Assembly (NCBI RefSeq): GCF_009834535.1 | Contig: NC_045697.1 | Span: 107,820,001-107,884,000, forward strand | DNA from: Camelus ferus | Lineage: Eukaryota | Direction: 5' to 3' | Length of the DNA stretch: 64,000 bases | Shown: positions 51,950 through 64,000 of the stretch, piece after piece | Numbering within the stretch: the first letter of the stretch is position 1 | Layout: each line of letters starts with the position of its first letter | Translations under genes and position numbers: made by a program | Notes under the pieces: model-generated | Databases searched by the model: none | What the model was told of the DNA's origin: nothing | What the model saw: the letters and a program-made list of their open reading frames with translations, nothing else

Positions 51950-52500
51950 TTAAAAAAAAAACAACAAGTAGGGGTGGTTTAAATGTCCTTCCCATGCTCA
52001 AGGTCCTATAACCTGTCCCAGTTACCTGCAGAAGAGAATCCAGGTTCCTTCACTTGTTTTTGAAAACCTGTCCGAATCGTACCCCATCCTACTGATCAAC
52101 CCTCCTTCCCCCATGATTTTTAGATGCAAATCTCAAGTCAGAGTGTGCCCTCATGGACCTCTGTTCTTATTATAGTGTTCCTGCTGGATAATTCTTTCTA
52201 CTTCCTGTCAGTCTGTCCAAGATGTGTTCATCTGTTAAGTCCCAGGACAGTCCCCACGTTGGGCCAGCGCCTTGCACTTCAGCACACACTGCTTTCTCTC
52301 ATCTTTAAACTGCTGCTGCACTTTCCCCCGGGGACCACGCAGTTTAGCACTTGGCTCATCGTGTGAATCTTACCAGCCGGCTGCTGTCAGGACCACGAGG
52401 GACGGGGTGTTTCTCATACTTCTTTTATGTGTCCTCAGCTGCTCGCATATTGTACACATGGAAAGCACTCAGTCAATACGCAGTCGGTTAAATAAATGTA
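51950..52500 (+). mobile_element. L2 3' region, diverged
   Basis: ctcaaggtcctataacctgtcc...cagctgctcgcatattgtacacatggaaagcactcagtcaatac...ttaaataaatg. Confidence 0.5.
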
Positions 52501-54810
52501 TCAAAAGACTGTGGCTCGCACCCTTATCACTGCACTAGAACAGAGTTGTGTGCTGGTTATGCTGGAAGATAAAATGACCACGGCGAAGGATTGAAATTTG
52601 CTCTTATTTCATGCTGTTGACATGGAATCCAAGAATCTCCAATTTTGGGAACTGAGAGGATAAGTCATCTAGTTCAACCCCATTTATTTATTTTTTACAG
52701 CTGAAAACACTGAGGCTCATGCTTTGAAAGGAGGTATTCAGAGTCTATGAGCTGAATATTTGTGAGAGGAATAGAGGATATGAAATAGATGATGTTTCAA
52801 TTCTTTAACATTAGATTATCCAGGGTTATGTGACAGCTTTATATACACATTAGGGATTCCTCTGAGTGTTCCAGAGTGCTTTTCTAATATCTTATAGAAC
52901 CTCACTTCTTGATGTTCTCCCCAAAATCTGTGGAGGAAGGCGCTTCTCCCAAAAGCTATCACCACGTGTCATCATTGACCTTCACTGACACGTGTGAACG
53001 CCCTGCATGGGATTCCACGGCAGGCCAGAGGTACCGCGCTCATTGTGCGGCCACAGAAGCTGATTTCCTGGAAGATTACTTGTCTTGCCCAAGGTGCCCA
53101 GATACTAAGGATTAAAATGCAAGTGTTTTGTATTCCCATGCAATCCATTTTCAACTAGCCCGTGATGACTTTTTCTTTCTCAAATTATTATCTCTAGACT
53201 CTGAAAATTCTGGCTTAGAAAGGAAGCACATATTTGATTTCCTGCTCAGCAAAGAGAAAGAACAGCTAACACAAGTACTAAGCCACCCCTGGTAGGAGGC
53301 TAGGAGCCCAGCCTGGAGCCAGGACATCCTGGCTTTGCCGAGTGCAGAGAGAGGATGCGGCCCTCTGCCAGTGCGGAGTGGAAGGCAGGAGTCGAGGCAG
53401 GAGGAGGGCAGGTCACCTCACCAGCTCTCCGCTCCTCCTAAGTCCCAGGCAGGTTTGCCCAGTGCAGATTCAATATTAGTTTTCGGTCGTAGAGATCCCG
53501 AGACATCAGTGATCGTATTTAACTATCGTATAAAAATGTACAAATAAGTGCAGTGTTTTAGTTATTTCTACCACTGTTTTTTTCCATTAAATTTTAAATA
53601 ATTTTGTTTTTTAATTAAAAAATAGTGTTGGCTCTTACTCATTTATTAGTGAACAAAAAATTTAGCACTGAAGTAAATACATATATATTTTTAAAGAGTT
53701 TTCCAGCACTGAATCTTGTCATATTGAGTCACAAAGTTAATTTGGTAGGTCACAATTAGCACTTCAAAACAGAATAAAATAGAAAATATAACACTGCTTT
53801 ATATTTGGTAATGGTAAATACCATATTATTGTAAAATACAGTTCTTATGGGTCATAGTTTTAAAAAGTTTCAAAAAGACTGTTCTCATGTTTTGGAGGAT
53901 TATTTGGAGAACGGGTTATGAAATTTATCTTGATGCTACATTTCTGCTTCATCATGGACTGCAAATGTTAGCTGGTCTTCTCTTAGTAGAAAACATTCAT
54001 TTATATTTTGATTGCCCAGTATATGCGAGACACTCTTCTAAATGCTGGCGGTGAGATCTCTTTAACAATTTACTTGCAGAGCAAATCATCTTATTTGCAA
54101 AGAAAACACTATCAGTTTGCATAAGATTTAGCTGTAGATAACAGAAAATTCTCTTTAATAATCTTTCCCTATTCCATACACCGATTCCGTTTACACCTCA
54201 CTGGCCAAGACATATACAGCCACACCTAGACACAAAGGAAGAAGGGAAATGTAGTTTTTCAGCTGTAAAGTTAGGGTTTATTCCCGAGGAAGAAAGGGAG
54301 ACTGAGTATTGGCGGACATGTAAAAGTGCCTACCACAAATACCTCAAGATTTCTTACTTGTTAACAAAGTGTTGTTTCTGTTGATGATACGTTTCTGTTA
54401 TTGTGATTCCTGGAAATGCACCAGCCGGGCAGGGACAGGTTAGTGCAGGTTGCCCATAGCACAGGGATGCCCTGCTGAGGGGCAGATGGGGGAGATGAAG
54501 TGCACATCCTGCTTGACCGTGTGCCCTCGCGTGGGGCCGTGTCTGCCCACAGCAAGGGCACCTTGATCTCATCGGCAGAAGGACCTTTTGGCTCTGGCCG
54601 AGCCATCCACTTGCCAGACTGTGGCCCCGGGGGGCCCTTTTACTACTTTGCCGACATGCCCTATACAGGCTGGTTTTGGCTCAGAGGCTGGGTCCCAGGT
54701 TGCCTAGAGGTGGCCTTAAACGTGTGATCCAAGATACACCTGGTTCCGCCCCTTTTCCTAGGACAGCTCTTCTCACCTAGATTTGCTACTTTAAAAATTA
54801 CAGAAATTAG

Positions 54811-54961
54811 TAAGCAACAAGGACACACTGTATAGCTCAGAGAATTATACCCATTATCTTGGAATAACCTATAATGGAATATAATCTGCAAAAATACTGA
54901 GTCAATATGCTGTATACCTGAAACTAACACAACACTGTAAATCAACTACACTTCAGGTAGG
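54811..54961 (+). mobile_element. Short L1 3' end (artiodactyl-type)
   Basis: agcaacaagg...ctgtatagc...tgctgtatacctgaaactaacacaacactgtaaatcaactacacttc; TSD aaaaatta(c/t)agaa(a/g)ttag at 54793-54810 and 54962-54979. Confidence 0.85.
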
Positions 54962-56199
54962 AAAAATTATAGAAGTTAGGAGACCAACCTGTACTCACTG
55001 TCTTCACACACACACACACACAGTACATTTTTTAGAGTTTCAACAGGTCCCAGGTACTGTGAAGTCCCCTTATCTCTGACCTCCCTGTATTAACTTCATG
55101 TCACCTCTCTCCAGTCACAGGAGAGGAAAATTAGGGTTATCAATTACGCTTATACTTATTTTTTGATTTGAAATGGAAAATTAGATTTCTTTCTTTTTAA
55201 TTTCAAAAAGTGTATGAAGGAGATAATGCAATACAAAAGGATTCAGTCTTAAGCATCAGTTATGAAAAGATAGGAAGGGTCCCACCCACTCTACACAGAG
55301 AAATGCAAAAAAAAAAAAAAAAAAAAAAAAACCTCACACAAAACCCCGCCTTATCTAAGGCAGCCAGGTGGTGTTCGTCTTGGAAACCAATGTGCAGAGA
55401 GGAGGGAGAATTTCATCTGGAAGTTGGTGTAAACCTTTTACTCTTTCTCTGCACGCTCCTCAGAGATCATTAAAAATTTATCAGCAAGAAATGCCCTACA
55501 CGTTTTTCTTCAGGTAGTTGTAAGAAAACCAAAAAGCAAGGAAAACAGAAAGGGAGTTTATAGTCTGCTTCTTTTACTTTCTTGGTGTAATTTTCTTTTG
55601 TCCCATGCCAACTTTTAAAAAATTATGTATTATATTTATTCATTTCCTTATTCTAAAACTGATATAGTTACATGGTTTAGAAATTAAGAAAGATTCGCTC
55701 AATGGGCTCTTCCAATAAAATGTGGAAGATTTCTTAATAGCAGAGAAAGTTGTTCCTTGTAAACATTTGCATTTATACACTAGCTTTTTTAAAGGGCCCG
55801 CTCTCCCTTCATTTTTATGTCTGACTTTTGTTTCAGGTGAGACAGAATAATTCTGGCAGGTTGCCCCTCCCTGTGCCTTCCCCTGTGATTATGCAGTGCC
55901 TGCGAATGAGCAGGTTTGGGACAACAGAGAAAGATGACCAGAAAGACTAGAATTACTGAATTTGTTGGGGCAATCACCTGCGTGTTTTCCCAGTCTTCTA
56001 CTGTGTTGAGGTCTTCCTGTCTCTCATGGAAATTAAGCCAGGAGTGAAATCTGTCCTTTATCATCAGAACTTGCCTTTGTTATAGTTTTGGTGTCTAGGA
56101 AAACCATCTGTACATAAAATTCCATCTCCGAACAATATGTGGGACCCAGCAGGCGGATTGGATGGGGGTGGGGCTGGCAGGCATTAGATGCCACCATCT

Positions 56200-56318
56200 T
56201 TTTATTATTATTAGTGTTAGTATTAGTATTAGCATTTTAATGGAGGTCCAGGGGATTGAACCCAGAACCGTGTGCATGCTAAGCACACACTCTACCTCTG
56301 AGCTATACTCTCCTCTCA
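56200..56318 (-). mobile_element. tRNA-derived SINE (vic-1-like)
   Basis: ggggattgaaccc...gtgcatgctaagcacacactctacctctgagctatac with a T-rich tail. Confidence 0.88.
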
Positions 56319-58056
56319 CCACTGTCTCATTTTTTCTTAAATACTTCATTCTAAAGAAGCTGCTGGTTGAGACTGGCCCATGAACCACTTCCCCTCTACC
56401 ATTGGGCTTAATGTCAGTCTCATCAGAATTCAATACTATTGTCTTGTTAACCAAGAAGAGAAATTAGGGGGAAGCCTGAGGAAGCATTTCCTTTTTCCCA
56501 ATGGATCACTTTGCTCAGTTGCCATAATCAAGAGCATGGCATGAGTCAGGCTCTGTATTTTCAATAACACGTTACTCACTCTTAAAGGAAGATTTCCTCT
56601 GCTGTTCACGTATCATCAAATTAGTCTAACTACCTTGCTAATGAAGGCATCCCCAACATGCACTGTGAAAACCACATTTTTTTCTTGTTAGTAACAGGGC
56701 AGCTGATTTCCCTCGTGACACCTTTGTTGAATATCCCTTGGGTACCTGCCAGCATACCAGGCGTTTTGAGAATTCGTACTCTAGGTCAGACAACAGTGGT
56801 TTCCGCAGTAAGTTTGCCATCTTCAAGGATGGATAAATGCATTAAGCAAACTGAGAAAGGGGATGGACCTAGCTTAGAAAAGAGGAAGCTGAGAGGTTTA
56901 ATAAGAATTCCAGAACAGGGAGGAAGGATGAGTTTGAGGGGACAGCATTTCTCCATCACCACTTCTTAACGTGAGGGCAGGGTAAGGCACGCTTTGAATT
57001 ACAGCAGGTGGAATCTTCCTTTACAACGCGGAATCCTTTCTGATTGGAGGGACCCACTGAGCTGTGTTGCCAAAGGGAGCTTTGTGATCCCTGTCTGACT
57101 GGGTTTTTGGCTGCCCAGCAGCAGACCTCTAAGCTTGCTCTTCCTGTGTCCGATAATTCTGTTAGCTACCCCGGGCTCCTTCCTATAAGTATGTTTTCTG
57201 CTTGGGTCAACTCAGTTCTCAGGAGACGGTGTGGACTCAGAGAGCTGAAACAGTATGCTGAGAGTATATAGGCGCTCAAAAACTGATTGCTGATATTATT
57301 TTCATTTTTATGATCCTTCTTGCAACTCAGAAGAATCTTTCTGGGATAACTCATAAGCAGGAAAGGCTTGGAGCAAATGATCTTTGGAATAATTTTCAGA
57401 TCTTTGCTTCTGAGCTAAAAAATGTTTCATCCCAGAGTTTCCCTGTTAATTCTGACCTCAGAGCCATACTATGAAATACCTTTCTTATGTGATATTTGGA
57501 GCATTTCAATAACTAAATTCTACAGGATGTGGTTTAAATATAATGGATCATCTATTGAATTATACTCTGATAAGTTACATTATAATGAAGTAGTAGGTAC
57601 ATTTAATACGTGCAGAGAATAGGAAGAAAGGCTTTAGAAATAATTTGCTGACTTCTCCAGGGAGAGGTTTATCACAGGCAAGAGGAAGTTTATTCTACTT
57701 AATTAGTCAATGAATTAATATTTAATTGATTTAATTAATTATTATGTTTAATGTATTACAGTTACATGGAGGGAGTGCTGGGGGAAAGAGACAGAGACTG
57801 GCTTTATTTTAAATATCTTTTCCTTAAAATATGTTGCTGAAGTCATTATGGCCATCATTTTAATTTCCTCCTTCCTCAGATATTTTAGGAATAAACAGGC
57901 ACACTTGCTGACTTTGGATGTCACCTCCATTCCTGCCTCTGGCTGTGGTGTCAATGAAGTGAGTGCCTGGAGGTCGAGGAGCAGAAGGGGGCCCAGAGGG
58001 AGGGAGCATGAACTGCAGACTCTTTTCAGACTTGGAATAATTGAACGTTTTCTGTC

Positions 58057-58096
58057 CTGAATTTTTGGCTGAAATTTTGGCTGAATTTTGGCTGAA
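58057..58096. repeat. Short tandem repeat, ~3.5 x CTGAA(A/T)TTTTGG
   Basis: ctgaatttttgg ctgaaattttgg ctgaattttgg ctgaa. Confidence 0.85.
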
Positions 58097-61000
58097 GCAG
58101 TGGGGCCACTCCCTTCTGTACTTGAATGTTCTTTGCACTCTGTCCTTGGAGGGAAGAAGATGGCTGTGAGGAGTCCATCCAGCGGCTGCTCTGGGCTGCC
58201 CTCCAGTGGACACGCCTCCCGCCTGCTCATTATCTTGTCTCTCTCTGGCAGCAGCGAGCAGTGTCTTAGCCTGTGTTCCCTGGAAAGACCCCATCACACC
58301 TGTTTCATGCGATCCAGCCTCATCTTCCCTTCTCTGCAGCTGCTTTCAGTGGGCAGGGTACACCTGGTCGCATGGTTTCTTGGTCTCCACTTGGAGCCCC
58401 TGGGGCTGAGGGCTCACAGCGGACCCAGGTGAACTGTGGTTGGCTAGTTTTCTCCTCTATACCGAAGGAAAAGCCAAGGAAGGGTGGCTTCTAACTTGGA
58501 GACGGTGCAGCAGTCACCTGATCCCACTTCCTGCCACCTGCCTGGGCGACAGACGGTAGGACCCATCTGTTTGTTCCAGTGTGACTGGATCACACACACA
58601 CACGCACAAAAACCAGTTAGCAGGTGGGAAATGTATTTTTCGGGACACACCATAAACCTGCCATTACAGGGAGGATTCTGGTGCCAGTTTAGATGCAAAT
58701 GGAATTGCCCAACTAGAGCTGATTACAGAAATGTCAGGATGTCTATGTGCCCAGTTTCACTCCTACGCTGCACATCAAGTTAACGTGCTGCTGTGATTGT
58801 GGGCGTGATGGTTGGGCTCGGTTCTCGCCTGCACTTTTGAGGGAGCTTTGACTTGACAGAAGTGGAATGTGGCACACGGTATCCACTCCTCCCTTCCTGT
58901 CACCTCCTTGTTGAAAGAAAACAGAATCTCGATTTTGTCCATTTCTGAGAAACTTGACATTTTAATTTAAAAAATAAAAATGCACTCTTGGAGCTCTTAG
59001 GCTAAGATGAAAAGGGGTAGATTGACCTGAAATTCAGTTGCCATCCTGTTCAGAGAACGGATCTCAACTATCTACGCAGTTTGGCCACATTCAGCCCCTG
59101 CTGGGTGATAGCCTGGCGTCTGGGGAGCTGTTGGGAAGGGGTGGCAGGCAGGGGTGTGAATTGGCGTGGTTATTGCTGTGCTGTTTTAGTGCTTTTCAGA
59201 TTTTTTTTTTTTTTTACAATTGATAGCACAGCATCAGATGTTTTTGACTGATGCACAGCCAGAAATTTATTTTATGCATTTGCATGTGTGTATTTTTTAG
59301 TGACTATAGCACACGGTACATGCATGTATAATATATTGATTATGTAGAGTTTGAACAAAATATGTATATAAAAATTTCACAAAACGGTACTCACTCTTCC
59401 TCCATGCAGTATACGTGAATACTTTCTATTTGAATCTGGCCTAAACCATTAGTGAACCAGTAAATTAATTTTACTACCTACTTTTGGTTCTCAAACTGTA
59501 GTTTGAAAAACACCAGTTTAAGGGCTTGGTGAAGGGCACTAGGCGTGGAGGAGAACTCAGGTCAAGGCTGGTGGAGGTGGAGAAGGTGGGCGAAGGAAGA
59601 GATTTCGAAGAATAGACTAAACTGGACTCGACAACGGTAAGAGTAAGTCCCTGAGTCAGGGCTCCCTTCTAGGACCTGGCTGAAAGTGAGCACATCACAG
59701 TGCTCAAGCAGATAGACTGCTTGGGTTCATGGTTGAACTCACCTTGTCAAGGATAATTATTTGGTTGTGGGAACTGAGTTTTCCTTAGTCATTGCGGCCA
59801 TTGTGGTCTACCTTTAGGAAGAAGTCCCGTTCCCAGACTTTAATATCCTTAAACGTTATTATTGTGTATTACGTGGTAGTAAGGTAGAACCTCATTTACT
59901 ATTTCTGCTAGAATCTCTGTGTAGATGTGTGGCTACCTGCAACTCTTTTAGAACAAGGTCTGAAATACTGATACTCAGCTATAAGGCAGAAGGTCTTACA
60001 TCAGCAGCCGATTGCCCTTCATAATTGAACCATGAAGAGCAGGTGACTCTCCCGTATTGCCAGTACATGCTCTCTGGGGCGTCAGTGGAAGCCTCAGTTC
60101 TGTATTCTGCACAAGCCGCTTTCCCCTGGTGGTTCATTTCATCATTAGCTTTCATGTGATCACACTAAGGCTCTGGTCTCATCCTTGTTAAGGGGGTTGC
60201 CTATTTGGGAAATTACAGGAAGTTTCTGAAAAGTAAGATAATGGGGTGGGAGAAGATTTTCTGGGATAAAAGGCTTCTGAGGGCTCTGAGAATATGGAGG
60301 AGGGAAGAGATGGCAAGAGAAGGGAACTAGGTTCTCTTGGTCCGGGTATTAGTTTAAGGTGAGTGTGACCTCGATTTATGAAGACTTTGCAACTTGACAC
60401 TTAATAGGAATTGGGTTTTTAATATTTATAGCACGTTATGTAAATGCTGCCCCTCCATGTGCTTTCTTAAATCCTCTTAGCTTATAAATGACAGCTTTGA
60501 TTTCTTAAAAAAAAAAAAGTCTTTTCATTTATCCAGCCTAAGAGTAGTAAACAATAGATGCTTAATGCCTTCCTTTCATGTCAGCCCCCAAAGACTGAGA
60601 CTTCTATTCTAAAGAGTTTATTGCTGTACTTTTGAGCTTATTAAGGTCACGCATAACTTAACGAGGGTGGGGAGGGGGAAGCTGATGCTGCGTCATTGGT
60701 GCAGAGGCAGCTTCTGGAATTCCGCAGGACGGTCAGCTCAGCATGCTCAGTAGGTAAGCTGAAAATACAGTATGGCAGAAACTACACGCGTGGCCCGTTT
60801 GGAATGATTAGTGCTATTTTTTTTTCCTAGTGATCGAGATCATTAGGGAATTCGATTTTTGCCTAAATGGTTTAGGGCTAAGCTTCTGCTTGCTATAGGA
60901 CCCTGACGTTGCAGTTGTGGAATGGGCGTGAGCTGATGGAACTACACGTTTGGTGGTGTGTGAGTCCTTTCCCCCTTAGCCATACTGGGTGACATCAGTT

Positions 61001-62957
61001 ATTTTATACATTTTATAAAAAAAAAAAAAAAGAAGTCCCCACTCTCTGGGGCCTTCAGAGCACATGTAAAGAAGAGAAAGGAATTCAAAACTTAAGCTCA
61101 GCCCTGGCCAGTGTGGATTGCTAGGTCCTTGGGGGCTGTCATTTACTCAGGAAATGTTTGTTAAGTACCTTCTGTGTGCCAGGCTGTGAACTTTGCCCTG
61201 GATGATACAGAAAGAGACATAGCCTGTGTCCCAGGACAGCCTGGGACCAGCGAACACGGGAAAACACAGGGAGAGAAGGGGTTTGTTTCTGAGGCAGGGC
61301 AGCCCAGGAGATGCACTCTTCTCAGGATGATTTATCTGCCAGGGGGGTGATGCTTACCTGTTTCCCTCGCTGTATTTGGGCCACAGAGAACCCTTTAAAG
61401 TTGGTCAGATGATACAGGGGTGTGTTGAGAGTTTGAGGGTTCATGAGACTGGCGCTGACCTGGCAAGGGAAGGGCAGCGCTCAGGCCGCTCAGGGTACTG
61501 CTGGTGACCTGTCAGTAATTCTGAGTGGATTGAGATGTGCTGTAGAGACCTTGCTTAGAATAAGGAAAACAGACAGAACTGATTTGGTGGTATCTTATCT
61601 ATCTGGAATTATGTATCTAGAACATCCTGAAGAACCAAGAAATTTATAAAACTAAGCCTTTTTTTTGCACAGATGCATCCACACAAGGCCTGTGTATGCT
61701 TGTGTAGCAGGTTTGGAGATCTGGTTTCTAAACTGATTTAGATTTTGAAAGTAGAAGAGAAGAAGAGGAATGTAATTTAAAAGGAACATCCCAGGAACAG
61801 TATGATAAAGTGACAGTTAACACTTTTAAAGGGAGGAAGAAAGAAGATGGAAAACTGGAAAAGAAAAGATGAAGATGTAATCATTCAAAAATGATCACCA
61901 TCTGTTTCATGTAGCATCAAGTGTATGAGACTCATGGCAGGGGAAATTTTTAGAAATTCTAAGATTTCTCGTACAGGGTTGGAATCTGAAATGTTGAACT
62001 GTTTCCGTGTGATCTTCATGCAGTCCTGTTTGAGTCTTTCTGTATTAGACAGTCAGGCAATTGATGTCAGTAAGGCAGTTGACGACCTGTATTCTGCTCT
62101 TAGGAAGACAAAGAAACATATATAAGCTCTTAAACTGTTCCTAATCAAACATTTAAAAATTAAAATTTTGATGCTTTTAGCATCAAATCCTCAGCTCTTT
62201 GAAATTGACTTCTTCAAGAGTTCTGTTTCCTGAAAGATCGATGTTTTACTGCACGGAAAAATCACACCACATAGAAAAAGGTCATTTGTATTATTAAAAA
62301 AGTCAGTTATTTCATAAGCAGTAAACACTTTATAAATAATACTTTACATGTGTTATTCAGTTATAAAAATTTGACTTGACACTTTCCAGAAACATATCTG
62401 AATATCTGCAACTTTGTGTCTGTATCTCTCATTTGCTATTTCTTATTTTATTATTTTGTTTGCTAAATCATATGTGTAACCCGTCTTCCTGGACAGAAAA
62501 TATGTTCTAGTGTTTCTAGCTCCTTGTACATAGCAGGTCCCCATAAAGGTTTATTGAATGACTAATAATGAAACAAGTCATACTGAGTTTTCTAATTAAT
62601 CCTTTACTGACCATGGAAATACTTTCTATTATCTTTTCTTTCCCCATCGTGATCACACACTAAAATCTTTATGGTATTTGAACTGCATCTGCTGATTGGA
62701 GTTGTTGGAGCCCTTGAATTGCCTCTTTATGCCGTTGCGTTTCCCCTTATGACTTAAAGGGCGGAAACAGCACGAGGTATTGTGGAATGTGAATAGGTTA
62801 TGGGCTTCAGATGAAGCTCTGAAGTGTGTGCTCGGGACAGGCATGTTCTTACCTTGATGAAGTCACTGCAGTGAGGCCGGGGGCTGTAGGGGAGAGGGGA
62901 GGCGTGTATCACAGCATCGGGAGGCTGCTTACCTGTGCACACTGTCATTGGTCCCAG

Positions 62958-63125
62958 GTGACTGTGGAGGAGGTCATGACCACAACTGCCTATCTGGACC
63001 TTTTCCTGCGGAGCATCTCCGAGCCAGCTCTACTTGAGATCTTCCTCCGTTTTATCCTGTTGCACCAGCACGAGAACGTCCACATCCTAGATACTCTCAC
63101 GAGCAGAATCAACACCCCATTTCGG
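62958..63125 (+). CDS. FHIP1A: FHIP1A coding exon 5 (VTVEEVMTTTAYLDLFLRS...SRINTPFR, 56 aa); gene continues beyond window
   Basis: gtcccAG acceptor at 62956-62957, CGG|GTAAGG donor at 63126, 168 nt. FHIP1 motifs AYLDLFLRSISEP and ILDTLTSRI. Confidence 0.96.
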
Positions 63126-63654
63126 GTAAGGAGAGCTCCAGAGGAAGGGGATTTATAACTCAGAACAGGTTTCAGGAGAGTTTGTTTTGGGGAATAAAAA
63201 TGAATATTCTCTTTCTCTCCTCCTCCTGTACCCCTCTTTATTTCTTTCAGCTGTTACTTTTTCTATTTTGGAAGAGAGAAAGTAGATAATTTGTTTAGCT
63301 CTCAGTAGCTCTTCTATCAGGGAGGTGGCACTTACTGCCTTTCTCAGGACATTTTTCTCAATTTGTCTGGATTGGCACATTCTTCTGTAGAACCAGCAGA
63401 ATGTGCTTCTGAGGAGTCAAGGTGCTGGGCTTAAGTGCAGGTAAAGCCAAGGAACTGAAGTGTATCAAGTCTGGGTATTAGCGATTTTATCTCTGTCCAC
63501 AAATGTTTTGAAATGCATGTCTGGGCAGTTGTGAATTAAGATAGTCATTCTTTAGTTTGGAGCTCTGATTAACTTTTATACCATTAGTGTAATCCTTTGC
63601 AATCCCCTCCTCAAAGGCTGTCTCTATTTAATTGCAATTATTGTTTTAAAAGCA

Positions 63655-63800
63655 AAGGTATATCTAAAGAAAATGAAAATACTAATTTGAAAAGATACAT
63701 ATGCTGCAATGTTCATAGCAGAAGTATTTACAATAGCTAGGATATGGAAGCAACCTAAGTGTCCATTAACAGATGAATGGTTAAAGAAGTGTGTATGCCT

Positions 63801-63846
<46 letters not shown>

Positions 63847-64000
63847 AATGGAATATTAGCCATTTGCAGCAACATGGATGAAACTAGAGGGTATTATGCT
63901 TAGTGAAGTAAGTTAGAACAGAGAAGGACAAATACTGTACATTACCACTTATATCTGGAATCTATCATTTATATCTGGAATCTAAAAAATAAAATGAATG
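63655..64000 (+). mobile_element. L1 ORF2 end/3'UTR with internal (CA)n (63803-63847); runs off window
   Basis: MFIAEVFTIARIWKQPKCPLTDEW is the L1 ORF2 C-terminal motif, followed by aacatggatgaaactagagggtattatgcttagtgaa. Confidence 0.92.

Noticed and set aside
58057..58096. CRISPR-like or iteron-like repeat
   Set aside because: Head-to-tail 11-12-mers without spacers in mammalian intronic DNA; an ordinary minisatellite.
57748..58494. Overlapping 114-160 aa ORFs on both strands
   Set aside because: Low-complexity, Ser/Pro/Leu-rich translations with no recognisable domain or coherent splice structure; consistent with chance in GC-richer DNA.

Overview
Mammalian genomic DNA, very probably camelid (four copies of a tRNA-derived SINE matching the camelid vic-1 type; no Alu, B1, Bov-tA, PRE-1 or Can-SINE recognised). 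The window lies inside one + strand gene, FHIP1A (FAM160A1; FHF complex subunit). It holds five coding exons: 11511-11615 (preceded by 5'UTR from 11383), 21942-22568, 33178-33336, 35466-35552 and 62958-63125. They splice GT-AG in phase 0 into an uninterrupted 382-codon N-terminal frame, and the gene continues past the window end. The rest is intron dominated by repeats: the 5' half of an antisense L1 (1-3455), short L1 3' ends with target-site duplications (TSDs), vic-1-like SINEs, Tigger/MER2-like and hAT MITEs, MaLR LTRs, MIR/L2/CR1 relics and microsatellites. Almost all other ORFs in the track are spurious. I see no evidence for a wholly new gene system. The best leads are an intronic CCAAT/GC-box/CArG/TATA cluster at ~49.75 kb, a uORF-dense start region with a 10-bp duplication creating an overlapping out-of-frame ATG, an ORF0-like antisense ORF and cryptic exon in the L1 5'UTR, inverted repeats flanking phase-0 exons (circRNA potential), and some unusual L1 insertion structures. 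Repeat family names and human comparisons are from memory, and boundaries of old repeats are approximate.
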